Positions 1 to 9,838 of a stretch of DNA of 31,256 nucleotides are shown in pieces; position 1 is the stretch's first letter, and each line of letters opens with the position of its first letter. The DNA lies in the NCBI GenBank assembly GCA_044370555.1, contig JBILVH010000001.1, positions 1 through 31,256 of the forward strand, in the 5' to 3' direction. A model generated the notes under the pieces. It ran no database searches and had not been told where the DNA came from. It saw only the letters and a list, made by a program, of their open reading frames with translations. Source of the DNA: Candidatus Nanopelagicales bacterium (GTDB lineage: Bacteria; Actinomycetota; Actinomycetes; S36-B12). A program made the translations under genes and the position numbers.

Positions 1-2730
1 GGGTCCCATGTCAATGATCCAGTCCGCGCACTTGATGACGTCGAGATTGTGCTCGATGACAATCACGGTGTTCCCCTTGTCGACCAACGTCTGCAGGACA
101 TTCAGCAGCCTCCTGATGTCCTCGAACTGCAACCCGGTGGTTGGTTCGTCCAGTACATAGACGGTTCGTCCCGTGGAGCGCTTCTGCAGTTCCGCGGCCA
201 GCTTGACCCGCTGCGCCTCGCCGCCTGAGAGCGTCGGGGCGCTCTGCCCCAGCCGGACGTAGCCGAGTCCCACATCGACCAGGGTTCGTAGGTGACGCGC
301 GATCGAGGGAACGGGCGCGAAAAAGTCCGCCGCCTGCTCGATCGGCATGTCGAGCACGTCCGCGATCGAGCGTCCCTTGTAGTGGACTTCGAGTGTCTCC
401 CGGTTGTACCGGGCACCGTGACAGGTCTCGCATGGGACGTAGACGTCCGGAAGGAAATTCATCTCGATCCGCAAGGTGCCATCGCCCGCGCACGCCTCGC
501 AGCGACCACCCTTCACGTTGAAGGAGAAGCGGCCCTGCAGGTATCCGCGGACCTTTGCCTCGGGTGTCTCGGCGAACAATTTGCGGATGGCATCGAACAC
601 CCCGGTGTAGGTGGCGGGGTTGCTGCGTGGCGTCCGCCCGATCGGACCCTGATCGACGTGCACGACCTTGTCGACGTGCTCCAGACCCAGGACCCTCCGG
701 TGACGGCCCGGTACGGTTCGAGCACCGTTGAGGTCCCGCGCAAGTACGTGAAACAGCACGTCATTGACCAGCGTCGACTTGCCGCTACCGCTGACACCCG
801 TAACAGCCACGAAGCACCCAAGTGGGAAGTCGACGGTGACGTTGCGCAGATTGTGCTCCCGCGCGCCCTCGACTCGCAGTACCCGGGACGAGTCGACTGG
901 ACGACGCACCAGTGGCGCATCGATCGTCAGGCGTCCGCTGACATATGCACCCGTGATGCTGGCGGGGTGCTCGAGCAGGGCTTCAAGTGGTCCGCTGACG
1001 ACCACCTCGCCGCCGTGCTCACCGGCACCGGGGCCGATATCCACCACCCAGTCCGCCGCCTCGATGGTCTCCTGATCGTGCTCCACGACGATCAGCGTGT
1101 TGCCAAGGTCCCGTAGGCGTTGCAAGGTCTGTATCAACCGACGGTTGTCGCGCTGGTGCAGTCCGATGGAGGGCTCATCGAGCACGTACAAGACGCCGAC
1201 GAGGCCGGATCCGATCTGGGTCGCAAGCCGAATCCGTTGTGCCTCGCCGCCGGCAAGCGTTCCGGCGGACCGGCTCAGGGACAGATAGTGCAACCCGACA
1301 TCGGTGAGGAAGCGGAGACGCTCATTCACCTCCTTCAATACCCGCTCGGCAATCGCCCGGTCCCGCCGGTCCAGTGACAGGGACGCGAGGAAGTCCGCTG
1401 CCTCGCCGATCGGCAGGTCGGCGATGTCGGCTATCGAGCGGCCCCCGACCCGCACGGCGAGACTCAGCGGCTTCAGGCGCGCTCCCCCGCACGCGGCGCA
1501 CGGGATCTCACGCATATACCCCTCGAAGCGCTCACGGCTCGCGTCGCTCTCGGCCTCACGGTGCCGCCTGAGTACGTAGGGAATAACCCCTTCGTACTCG
1601 GTCACGTAGGTGCGCTGACGGCCATAGCGGTTTCGGTAGCGGACCGTCACCGGGTCACCGCCCCCGTGGAGGAGACTCTGGCGCACCTTGGCGGTCAGCG
1701 TGCGCCAAGGCTTGTTCGCGTCGGCGCCGAGCTCGGCCGCGAAGGACTCGACGAGTCGCTGGAAGTACTCCGAGGTGTGGCCAGTGGCCCATGGGGCGAT
1801 GGCCCCCTCGCTCAGACACAGGTCGGGGTCGGGCACGACGAGGTCAACGTCCACCTGCATCGTGGTGCCCAGCCCTGAGCACTCCGGACAGGCGCCGAAC
1901 GGCGAGTTGAAGGAGAAGGACCGGGGCTCGAGCTCCTCGAACGACAGTCCGTCCTCGGGACACGCGAGATGCTCGCTGAAGACTCGCATTCGCAGCGGGT
2001 CTGACTCTGGTAGGTCGACGAACTCGAGGACCGCGGTGCCCGATCCGAGCCGCAGCGCGGTCTCGACCGAATCGGTCAGCCGACGCTTGGCGGAGGCCTT
2101 GACAGCCAGTCGATCCACGACGACCTCGATGCTGTGCTTCTCCTGCTTCCGCAATGCGGGCACCTCGGCGATGGCGTACACGGAACCATCGACGCGCACC
2201 CGTGAGTACCCCTGAGCCTGGAGCGCCCGGACGAGGTCGACGTGCTCCCCCTTGCGCTCTCGCACCACGGGGGCCAACACCTGGAATCTCGTGCCCTCTG
2301 CAAGGTCGAGAACCTGGTCGACTATCTGCTGCGGTGACTGCCGGGTGATGGCCCGGCCGCAGTCAGGGCAGTGCGGCTTGCCGATCCTGGCGAAGAGCAG
2401 CCGTAGGTAGTCGTAGACCTCGGTCACGGTGCCGACTGTCGAGCGCGGATTTCGTGACGTGGACTTCTGGTCTATGGATACGGCTGGGGACAGACCCTCG
2501 ATGAAGTCCACGTCGGGCTTGTCCATCTGGCCGAGGAACTGACGCGCGTACGCGGAGAGACTCTCGACGTACCTGCGCTGACCCTCGGCGAAGATGGTGT
2601 CGAAAGCCAGCGATGACTTCCCCGAGCCGGATAGACCGCTGAAGACGATCAGCGCATCCCGCGGCAGGTCAAGGGAGACGTTCTTGAGGTTGTGCTCGCG
2701 TGCCCCGCGGACGATCAGGCGGTCAGACAC
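1..2730 (-). CDS. uvrA: Excinuclease ABC subunit A (3' end beyond window)
   Basis: Absent from the ORF track because there is no stop in the window; translated by hand. GTG at 2730 with GGAGG upstream. [59 protein letters not shown]; NBD1 [13 protein letters not shown]; NBD2 [12 protein letters not shown]...LDEPTTGL...IEHNLD. Frame spot-checked at several positions and consistent. Confidence 0.98.
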   Translation of the reverse strand, partial: MSDRLIVRGAREHNLKNVSLDLPRDALIVFSGLSGSGKSSLAFDTIFAEGQRRYVESLSAYARQFLGQMDKPDVDFIEGLSPAVSIDQKSTSRNPRSTVGTVTEVYDYLRLLFARIGKPHCPDCGRAITRQSPQQIVDQVLDLAEGTRFQVLAPVVRERKGEHVDLVRALQAQGYSRVRVDGSVYAIAEVPALRKQEKHSIEVVVDRLAVKASAKRRLTDSVETALRLGSGTAVLEFVDLPESDPLRMRVFSEHLACPEDGLSFEELEPRSFSFNSPFGACPECSGLGTTMQVDVDLVVPDPDLCLSEGAIAPWATGHTSEYFQRLVESFAAELGADANKPWRTLTAKVRQSLLHGGGDPVTVRYRNRYGRQRTYVTEYEGVIPYVLRRHREAESDASRERFEGYMREIPCAACGGARLKPLSLAVRVGGRSIADIADLPIGEAADFLASLSLDRRDRAIAERVLKEVNERLRFLTDVGLHYLSLSRSAGTLAGGEAQRIRLATQIGSGLVGVLYVLDEPSIGLHQRDNRRLIQTLQRLRDLGNTLIVVEHDQETIEAADWVVDIGPGAGEHGGEVVVSGPLEALLEHPASITGAYVSGRLTIDAPLVRRPVDSSRVLRVEGAREHNLRNVTVDFPLGCFVAVTGVSGSGKSTLVNDVLFHVLARDLNGARTVPGRHRRVLGLEHVDKVVHVDQGPIGRTPRSNPATYTGVFDAIRKLFAETPEAKVRGYLQGRFSFNVKGGRCEACAGDGTLRIEMNFLPDVYVPCETCHGARYNRETLEVHYKGRSIADVLDMPIEQAADFFAPVPSIARHLRTLVDVGLGYVRLGQSAPTLSGGEAQRVKLAAELQKRSTGRTVYVLDEPTTGLQFEDIRRLLNVLQTLVDKGNTVIVIEHNLDVIKCADWIIDMGP

Positions 2731-2754
2731 CGCACCTCCACTCGACCGTCCGGA

Positions 2755-2770
2755 GTCTCCACGCGGAGAC
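2755..2770 (-). other. Small hairpin in the putative uvrA 5' UTR
   Basis: GTCTCC-ACGC-GGAGAC, 6-bp perfect stem between the -10 box and the uvrA SD. Confidence 0.35.
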
Positions 2771-2779
2771 GCTCGGCAC

Positions 2780-2789
2780 AGGCTAGCCT
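2780..2789. promoter_or_regulatory. Palindrome AGGCTAGCCT giving a TAGCCT -10 box on both strands (uvrA and MBL gene)
   Basis: Perfect 10-bp palindrome in the divergent intergenic region; TANNNT at 2784-2789 (+) and 2780-2785 (-). Confidence 0.55.
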
Positions 2790-2824
2790 TCCTCTGGGGG
2801 CACGGCGTTGATGGAGGGGTGCGG

Positions 2825-3484
2825 ATGAGCGGGTACACCGGTGCCGTCGCCGTTGGTGGCCCGGCTGCGGTTCGGGAGCTGCCCCGCCTGGTGATCAGCA
2901 AGATCGCCGTCGGGCCCCACGAGAACAACTGCTACCTGCTGCGCTGCTCAGAGACCGGGATGCAAGCCATGATCGACGCCGCCGCTGAGCCTCACCGCCT
3001 CCTCGACCTGATCGGTGAAGGCGGACTCGCGGCAGTCATCACGACGCACGCGCACGGGGACCACTGGCAGGCCCTCGAAGACGTAGTCCGGGAGACCGGT
3101 GCCATCACGTATGCGCATCCTGACGACGCCGGCGACATACCGGTAGCAACCGACCGACCGGTCCGCGGCGGTGACGTGATCCGCTTCGGTCAGATCGATC
3201 TCGCCGTGATCCATCTCGTGGGCCATACGCAGGGATCCATTGCGCTGGTGTACGACGATCCCGACGGTCCCCCGCACATCTTCAGCGGTGACAGTCTCTT
3301 CCCGGGGGGCGTCGGCAACACCTGGTCCGACGCGGCGAGGTTCAGTCGACTGATGGACGACGTCACGGAGCGAATTTTCGCGGTCTATCCGGACGAGACC
3401 TGGGTATACCCGGGGCACGGCGCGGATACCTGGCTCGGTCGCGAGCGTCCCGCGCTCCCGGAGTGGCGGGAGCGGGGCTGGTAG
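2825..3484 (+). CDS. MBL-fold metallo-hydrolase (glyoxalase II-like, Rv1637c-like)
   Basis: THAHGDH metal motif, [16 protein letters not shown]; ATG at 2825 with GGAGG. The ORF-track start at 2594 is an overextension into uvrA. Confidence 0.9.
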   Translation: MSGYTGAVAVGGPAAVRELPRLVISKIAVGPHENNCYLLRCSETGMQAMIDAAAEPHRLLDLIGEGGLAAVITTHAHGDHWQALEDVVRETGAITYAHPDDAGDIPVATDRPVRGGDVIRFGQIDLAVIHLVGHTQGSIALVYDDPDGPPHIFSGDSLFPGGVGNTWSDAARFSRLMDDVTERIFAVYPDETWVYPGHGADTWLGRERPALPEWRERGW

Positions 3485-3487
3485 TTC

Positions 3488-4489
3488 CTACGCGGAGCCC
3501 TCCTCGTCACGAGGGTGTGGTGCAGTGATCGTGCCCGCGTGCGCACGAGCGGTCGGGTCTCGCTTCACCTTGATGATGGAGGCGATCGTCACGACCGCAA
3601 GGACAAGGACGATGACGGCGAGCGACACTAGCGTCGGGATCTTCGGCACACTCGGGTTGAGTTCGTGCACATAGGTGAGGATCAACTTGACCCCGATGAA
3701 CACGAGGATCACCGCTAGGCCACTGGACAGGTAGACCAGCCGGTCGAGCAAGCCGCGGAGCAGGAAGTAGAGCGCCCGGAGTCCGAGCAGGGCGAAGGCG
3801 TTGGCCGTGAAGACGAGGTAGGGCTCGGACGTCACCCCGAAGGTCGCCGGGATGGAGTCGAGGGCGAAGAGCAGGTCAGTGGATGCGACGGCGATCATGA
3901 CGAGGAACAACGGTGTTGCGAACTTGCGACCGTCGATGCGGGTGAACAGGCGTGTCCCGTCGTATTCATCCGTCATGGGGATCCACTTGCGGACACGACG
4001 AACGACGACGTTCTCACTGGGGTCGGGATCGTCGTTGCGATGTCGCGCGAGTTGGATCCCGGTCCAGATCAAGATCAGGCCGAAGATCACGAACGTGAAA
4101 CTGAAGACAGCGAGGGCAGCCGCCCCGACCGCGATGAAGATTCCGCGGAACACGAGTGCGAGGAGCACCCCGAAGAGCAGCACACGCTGGTGGTACTTCA
4201 TCGGGACGGCGAACTGGGTCAGGATGATGACGAAGACGAATAGGTTGTCGACGCTCAGCGACTTCTCGACCAGGTACGCAGCGAAGTACTCCGTCCCGAA
4301 GGTCGCCCCCTGCCAGATCCAGATCCAGACCCCGAAGGCGATGGCGAGGCCCACGTAGAAGATCGACCACAGGGCCGCCTCACGGAACTTCACTTCATGC
4401 GGCGAACGACTGACCGTGACGAGGTCGAGCACAATGAGGAGCAGGATGCCGCCGATTGTGACCAGCCAGATGGTTAGGTTCGCGTCCAC
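3488..4489 (-). CDS. TerC/Alx family membrane protein (copy 1, intact)
   Basis: EKSLSVDNLFVF and DLLFALDSIPA motifs, multiple hydrophobic segments; GTG start with AAGGAG. Confidence 0.93.
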   Translation of the reverse strand: MDANLTIWLVTIGGILLLIVLDLVTVSRSPHEVKFREAALWSIFYVGLAIAFGVWIWIWQGATFGTEYFAAYLVEKSLSVDNLFVFVIILTQFAVPMKYHQRVLLFGVLLALVFRGIFIAVGAAALAVFSFTFVIFGLILIWTGIQLARHRNDDPDPSENVVVRRVRKWIPMTDEYDGTRLFTRIDGRKFATPLFLVMIAVASTDLLFALDSIPATFGVTSEPYLVFTANAFALLGLRALYFLLRGLLDRLVYLSSGLAVILVFIGVKLILTYVHELNPSVPKIPTLVSLAVIVLVLAVVTIASIIKVKRDPTARAHAGTITAPHPRDEEGSA

Positions 4490-4513
4490 TCAAGCTCCTT
4501 CAGTAGGGACGCA

Positions 4514-4519
4514 AGCCTA
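4514..4519 (-). promoter_or_regulatory. Candidate -10 box TAGGCT for TerC copy 1, overlapping the stop codon of copy 2
   Basis: TAG stop followed by GCT; would give a leader of about 20 nt that contains AAGGAG. Confidence 0.4.
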
Positions 4520-5559
4520 TCTGGCCTCGCGCGTTTCGCCCTCCTCCGGCAGATCGCGCAGCGCCACTCCGCGCTCGGCCTCGGCCTGCTGCTCGGCCCG
4601 GACCTCCGGCGCACCCTCCATCAGCTCGGGGTGACGACGCACGGCGATCAGGCTCGTGACGGCCGTGATGACCAGAACGGCCGCAATGAAACCGAGGGAT
4701 ACGGCGATCGGGATGCGAGGCAGTGCCAGCGACGTTGTGCTGGTGATCGCCTCCAGGAGCAACTTGACGCCGATGAAGAGCAGGATCACCGCAAGGCCAC
4801 GGTTCAAGTAGACCAGCTTCTCGAAGAGCCCGTGCAGCAGGAAGTACAACTGGCGCAGGCCCATGAGCGCGAAGGCATTCGCCGTGAAGACGATGTACGC
4901 CTCCTGCGTCAGCCCGAACACCGCGGGAATGGAGTCGATGGCAAACAACAGATCGGTCGTGCCGATCGCCAACATCACCAGGAGCATGGGCGTGACAACC
5001 CGCTGTCCGTCGATCCGCACGGTCAGACGGGTGCCGTGATACTCCCGGGTCGTCGGGACACGCCGCTCCAGCCATCGGATGAGGGGATTGCCCTGCGGGT
5101 CGGGCTCTGAGTCCTTCGAGCGCCACACGCTGTGAAGATGAGGAGGGCCGCGAACAGGTAGAAGGTCCCGGCGAAGCGGTGGACCGCCTCCGCACCAACG
5201 AGGATCAGGATTCCGCGCAGAATCAGGGCGATCACGATGCCGATCAGGAGGACCCGGTGCTGGTGCACCGCTGGAACTGCGAAGGAGCTCATGATGATCA
5301 TGAAAACGAAGAGGTTGTCCACCGACAGGCTGTACTCGGTGATGTACCCGGCGACGAAGGCGATCGCCTGGTCGGACCCTGCCCACCACCAGAGGAACCC
5401 GGCGAACAGGGCTGCAAGCGCGACGTAGACCGCGACCCATCTACCCGCCTCGCGCGGGCCGAAGGAGTGCGGCCGTCGGTCGACGATGATCAAGTCAATG
5501 ACGATGATGCCGATGAGCCCCCCCACTGTGGCGATCCAAAGCCACTGGGGAACATTCAT
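4517..5559 (-). pseudogene. TerC/Alx family membrane protein (copy 2), frameshifted near 5125-5130
   Basis: N-half in ORF 5023..5559 (EYSLSVDNLFVF...LLIFTA); C-half in the frame of ORF 4517..5440 (VWRSKDSEPDP...DLLFAIDSIPA). ATGA overlap with the uvrB stop. May be a sequence error. Confidence 0.85.
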
Positions 5560-7607
5560 CCGTGACCGACCTCTCTCATCTGGCGTAGTTCCTTCTTCAA
5601 CTCGGAGACCTCGTCACGGTAGCGGGCGGCCAGCTCGAATCGTAGTTCCGACGCGGCCTGGTGCATAGCCGTAGTCAGCTCCTGGATGAGAGTCTCTAGG
5701 TCCGCCGCTGCTCCTGATCGCACGCGGGTGGCGCGCTCGGGCGCGGCGAGCAGTTCTGCCGTGTCGGCGTCCTCGCGGGCGAGCAACTCCGTTATGTCGC
5801 CGATTCGCTTACGCAAGGGTTGCGGGTCGATACCGCGCTCCCTGTTGAAGGCGATCTGCTTCTCCCGCCGTCGGTTGGTCTCGTCAATCGCACGCTGCAT
5901 GGAAGCGGTCACACCTGACGCGTACATGTGAACCTGACCGCTGACATTGCGGGCCGCTCGCCCGATCGTTTGGATGAGTGACGTCTCGGAGCGCAGGAAC
6001 CCCTCCTTGTCCGCATCCAGGATCGCCACCAGGGACACCTCCGGCAGGTCCAGACCCTCGCGCAGGAGGTTGATGCCGATGAGCACGTCGAACTCGCCCA
6101 TGCGCAGTTCCCTGAGCAGTTCGACCCGCCGTAGGGTGTCGACCTCGGAGTGCAGATAGCGGACCCGCACCCCGCGCTCCAGGAAGTACTCCGTCAGGTC
6201 CTCGGCCATGCGTTTGGTGAGAGTGGTAACAAGGACTCGCTCGCCGGCTTCCTCGCGCAGGCGGATCTCGTGCAAGAGGTCGTCGATCTGACCCTCGACC
6301 GGTTTGACGACGACCAGGGGATCAACCAGGCCGGTCGGCCGGATCACCTGTTCGACCACATCCCCCTCGACCCGCGACAGTTCGAACGGGCCGGGTGTCG
6401 CGGAGAGGAAGAGGGTCTGCCCGATCCGTTCCTCGAACTCGCTGAACCGCAGGGGCCTGTTGTCCATCGCACTCGGAAGCCGGAAGCCGTGGTCTACGAG
6501 GGTCCGTTTGCGACTCATGTCACCCTCGTACATCCCGCCGATCTGGGGCACCGTGACATGCGATTCATCGATGACCAGGAGAAAGTCCTCGGGGAAGTAG
6601 TCGAGCAGGCAATTCGGCGCCGTTCCGGGGGCGCGGCCGTCAATGTGCCGGCTGTAGTTCTCGATCCCGCTGCAACTGCCCATCTGGCGCATCATCTCGA
6701 TGTCATAGGTCGTGCGCATCCGCAGCCGCTGGGCCTCCAGGAGCTTGCCCTGCGCCTCGAGAACGGCCAGCCGCTCCGCCAACTCCGACTCGATACCCGC
6801 AACCGCCTCGGCCATCCTCTCCGCGCCAGCCACATAGTGGGAGGCGGGGAACACATAGAGCTCCTCGTCGACGGTGAGCGTGTCCCCGGTCACGGGATGG
6901 AGTGTCATGAGTCCCTCGATGTCGTCACCGAAGAACTCGATGCGAACCGGGTGCTCCTCGTAGACCGGGAAGATCTCGACGGTGTCGCCGCGCACCCGGA
7001 ACGTGCCCCGCTGGAAGGACATGTCATTGCGCTCGTACTGGATGTCCACGAATCGGCGTAGCAGGGCATCGCGTTCGATGGTCTCCCCCACGCGCAGCCG
7101 GACCATCTGGTCGACGTATTCCTGGGGGGTGCCGAGACCGTAGATGGCCGAGACCGTCGCGACCACGACCACATCGCGACGCGTGAGCAGCGAGTTCGTC
7201 GCCGAGTAGCGCAGCCGCTCGACCTCTTCGTTGATGGAGGAGTCCTTCTCGATGTACGTGTCGGTCTGCGGGACGTACGCCTCTGGCTGGTAGTAGTCGT
7301 AGTAGGAGACGAAGTACTCCACGGCGTTGTTCGGCAGGAGCTCGCGGAACTCCTGGGCCAGTTGTGCCGCCAGGGTCTTGTTCGGTGCCATGACCAAGGC
7401 GGGCCGTTGCAGCCGTTCGATGACCCATGCCGTGGTGGCGCTCTTCCCCGTTCCCGTGGCGCCGAGGAGGACTACGTCGCGATCGCCGGCATCGAACCTA
7501 CGCACGATCTCGTCGATGGCGGCGGGTTGGTCCCCGCTCGGCGCGTAGTCGGCGACGACTGTGAAGGGGGCGACGCGCCGGGTGAGGTCCGTTGTGGGAC
7601 GCGCCAT
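5556..7607 (-). CDS. uvrB: Excinuclease ABC subunit B
   Basis: [18 protein letters not shown] beta-hairpin, [27 protein letters not shown]-terminal UVR domain. Confidence 0.99.
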   Translation of the reverse strand: MARPTTDLTRRVAPFTVVADYAPSGDQPAAIDEIVRRFDAGDRDVVLLGATGTGKSATTAWVIERLQRPALVMAPNKTLAAQLAQEFRELLPNNAVEYFVSYYDYYQPEAYVPQTDTYIEKDSSINEEVERLRYSATNSLLTRRDVVVVATVSAIYGLGTPQEYVDQMVRLRVGETIERDALLRRFVDIQYERNDMSFQRGTFRVRGDTVEIFPVYEEHPVRIEFFGDDIEGLMTLHPVTGDTLTVDEELYVFPASHYVAGAERMAEAVAGIESELAERLAVLEAQGKLLEAQRLRMRTTYDIEMMRQMGSCSGIENYSRHIDGRAPGTAPNCLLDYFPEDFLLVIDESHVTVPQIGGMYEGDMSRKRTLVDHGFRLPSAMDNRPLRFSEFEERIGQTLFLSATPGPFELSRVEGDVVEQVIRPTGLVDPLVVVKPVEGQIDDLLHEIRLREEAGERVLVTTLTKRMAEDLTEYFLERGVRVRYLHSEVDTLRRVELLRELRMGEFDVLIGINLLREGLDLPEVSLVAILDADKEGFLRSETSLIQTIGRAARNVSGQVHMYASGVTASMQRAIDETNRRREKQIAFNRERGIDPQPLRKRIGDITELLAREDADTAELLAAPERATRVRSGAAADLETLIQELTTAMHQAASELRFELAARYRDEVSELKKELRQMREVGHG

Positions 7608-7613
7608 GTCTTG

Positions 7614-7619
7614 AGCCTA
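7614..7619 (-). promoter_or_regulatory. Candidate -10 box TAGGCT for leaderless uvrB, overlapping the coaE stop
   Basis: TAGGCT-6 nt-ATG; no SD before uvrB. Confidence 0.55.
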
Positions 7620-8225
7620 GTGCCGGCCCCCGGTGGCGGGCGCCATCCGAGTGGCCCACACGGAGTGCACCTGCTTGCGCAGCGCCTCCGCGTCGCCGGA
7701 GTTGTCGATGACGACATCCGCCATGGCCAAGCGGTCCTGCCTAGAGCTCTGCCGCTCCATGCGCTGCCGTGCGTCGTCAGCGGTGAGACCGCGATGGACG
7801 AGGCGTTCGAGTCTGACCTCATCTGGGGCGTCCACCACGACGATGAGGTCCCATTCCCCGCGACGGTCGGTCGCGGCCTCCGCCAGGAGCGGGATGTCCT
7901 CGACGATCACGGCCTCCCGGGGCAGCTCGCTGATGACAGCGTGCCTGCGCTGTGCGATACGCGGATGCGTGATGCTGTTCAAGGTCGCGAGCGCCGCGGG
8001 GTCGGCGAATACGATGCGCGCCAGCGCGGCGCGATCGAGCGTTCCATCGGCGGCGAGGATCCGCTCGCCGAAGGCCTCGACGACCTCGGCAAGTCCCGGC
8101 GAACCGGGGGCGACGACCTCCCGCGCCAACACGTCGGCGTCGACCACGATCGCTCCGAGCTCAGCGAGGAGGGCGGCGACGGTGCTCTTCCCGGCGCCGA
8201 TGCCTCCCGTGAGGGCAACCCTCAG
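7617..8225 (-). CDS. coaE: Dephospho-CoA kinase (probable CTG start)
   Basis: The frame extends upstream of the ORF-track start to RVALTGGIGAGKST (P-loop), then DAD, HP, DIPLL, QSSR. In-frame TGA TGA lies upstream with no ATG/GTG/TTG in between; CTG at 8225 follows GAGGAG. Confidence 0.92.
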   Translation of the reverse strand: MRVALTGGIGAGKSTVAALLAELGAIVVDADVLAREVVAPGSPGLAEVVEAFGERILAADGTLDRAALARIVFADPAALATLNSITHPRIAQRRHAVISELPREAVIVEDIPLLAEAATDRRGEWDLIVVVDAPDEVRLERLVHRGLTADDARQRMERQSSRQDRLAMADVVIDNSGDAEALRKQVHSVWATRMAPATGGRH

Positions 8226-9694
8226 GAGGGCTCCTCGGGGCCCGTCAACTTGTCGCGGAGCGCCTGCAGGGCCTCATCAGTCGCCAACGTCCCGGAGGTG
8301 TCGGTGCCGTCGGAGCTGTACGTAGACGGCGCCTCGCCGTTGTCGGTCGCCGCGGCCTGATCAGCCACGCGGGCCTCGTCAGCCTGGCGACGGTGGGCTA
8401 GCCACCGCTCGTGGGCCTCAGCGTACTCGCGCTCCCAGGCCGCCCGTTGGTCCTCAAAGCCGGACCTCCACTCACCGGTCTCGGGGTCGAAACCGTCGGG
8501 CCCGATGTACGCACCACTGTCGTCGAAAGCAGGAGCCATCCCGTAGAGGTACGGATTGAACTCGTCCGTGTCACCGACGGAGCCCCCACCCTCATTGGCC
8601 TGCTTCAACGACAGCGAGATCCGGCGGCGCTCTAGGTCGATGTCGATGACCTTGACGAAGATCTCGTTGCCGACCTGGACCACCTGCTCGGGTAGCTCGA
8701 CGTGGCGTTCGGCGAGTTCGGAGATGTGCACCAGGCCCTCAATGCCCTCCTCGACCCGCACGAAGGCGCCGAAGGGGACGAGCTTGGTGACCGAACCGGG
8801 GACGACCTGGCCGATCTGGTGCGTCCGGGCGAAATGCTGCCAGGGATCTTCCTGCGTCGCCTTCAGCGACAGGCTGACGCGCTCGCGGTCCATGTCCACG
8901 TCAAGCACCTCGACCGTCACGGGCATGCCCACTTCCACGACCTCCGAGGGGTGGTCGATGTGCTTCCAGGAGAGCTCCGACACGTGGACGAGACCGTCCA
9001 CGCCACCGAGGTCGACGAACGCGCCGAAGTTCACGATGGAGGAGACGACGCCGGTCCGGATCTGGCCGCGGGCCAAGGCGTTCAGGAAGGTGGTGCGGAC
9101 CTCGCTCTGCGTCTGCTCGAGCCAGGCGCGACGGGACAGCACGACGTTGTTGCGGTTCTTGTCCAGCTCGATGATCTTCGCCTCGAGGCGGCGGCCGACG
9201 TACGGCTGCAGATCACGGACCCGGCGCATCTCGACAAGCGAGGCCGGCAGGAAGCCGCGGAGACCGATGTCGATGATGAGACCGCCCTTGACGACCTCGA
9301 TGACGTCACCCTCGACGACGCCATCCTCCTCCTTGACCCGCTCGATGGTGCCCCATGCGCGCTCGTACTGGGCACGCTTCTTCGACAGGATCAACCGGCC
9401 CTCTTTGTCCTCCTTCTGCAGGACCAGGGCCTCGACGTGGTCACCCACTGTGACTACGGAGTTGGGGTCGACATCGTGCTTGATAGACAGTTCGCGGGAG
9501 GGGATCACGCCCTCGGTCTTGTACCCGATGTCGAGGAGGACCTCATCGCGGTCCACCTTGACGATGATTCCCTCGACGATGTCGCCGTCGTTGAAGTACT
9601 TGATGGTCTGATCGATCGCCGCGAGGAAATCATCGCTGCTGCCAACATCGTTGATCGCGACCTGGGGGCTGAGGGTGTCGGTGGTGGACGTCAT
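8222..9694 (-). CDS. rpsA: 30S ribosomal protein S1
   Basis: IKYFNDGDIVEG, LRGFLPASLVEMRRVRDL, four S1 repeats (FGAFV, GLVHVSEL, GLVHISEL). Confidence 0.99.
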   Translation of the reverse strand: MTSTTDTLSPQVAINDVGSSDDFLAAIDQTIKYFNDGDIVEGIIVKVDRDEVLLDIGYKTEGVIPSRELSIKHDVDPNSVVTVGDHVEALVLQKEDKEGRLILSKKRAQYERAWGTIERVKEEDGVVEGDVIEVVKGGLIIDIGLRGFLPASLVEMRRVRDLQPYVGRRLEAKIIELDKNRNNVVLSRRAWLEQTQSEVRTTFLNALARGQIRTGVVSSIVNFGAFVDLGGVDGLVHVSELSWKHIDHPSEVVEVGMPVTVEVLDVDMDRERVSLSLKATQEDPWQHFARTHQIGQVVPGSVTKLVPFGAFVRVEEGIEGLVHISELAERHVELPEQVVQVGNEIFVKVIDIDLERRRISLSLKQANEGGGSVGDTDEFNPYLYGMAPAFDDSGAYIGPDGFDPETGEWRSGFEDQRAAWEREYAEAHERWLAHRRQADEARVADQAAATDNGEAPSTYSSDGTDTSGTLATDEALQALRDKLTGPEEPS

Positions 9695-9805
9695 GGACTA
9701 GGTTGGCCTTAGGACGTAGTGGCGCGCGGGACCTGTGCTCGTCGTGAGCACCGCCCGGCCCGCCTCTGTCCGTGGGTCAAGCAGTCTTCGCGCCCTGCGA
9801 GGATA
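9695..9805 (-). promoter_or_regulatory. rpsA promoter (-10 TATCCT at 9800-9805) and structured 5' leader
   Basis: TANNNT about 100 nt upstream of ATG; nested stem GCGGG..GTGCTC-N5-GAGCAC..CCCGC at 9726-9763; no clear SD. Confidence 0.45.
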
Positions 9806-9838
9806 CGGCACCGCGGGCGCCGCCCGAAAGTCGGGGCC

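Noticed and set aside
2731-2824. LexA SOS box or PafBC/RecA-NDp promoter (TGTCGG-N10-TANNNT) upstream of uvrA; also checked upstream of uvrB
   Set aside because: No GAAC-N4-GTTC, and no TGTCRG at the required spacing from the -10 boxes.
4490-4516. yybP-ykoY Mn riboswitch before the TerC genes
   Set aside because: Only 27 nt are available before copy 1, and copy 2 overlaps uvrB; no such structure fits.
292-9712. Long plus-strand ORFs antisense to uvrA, uvrB, coaE and rpsA (e.g. 292..1116, 6150..7061, 7362..8360, 8556..9611, 8702..9712)
   Set aside because: Typical shadow frames of GC-rich genes: no recognisable motifs and fully overlapped by clear housekeeping CDSs.
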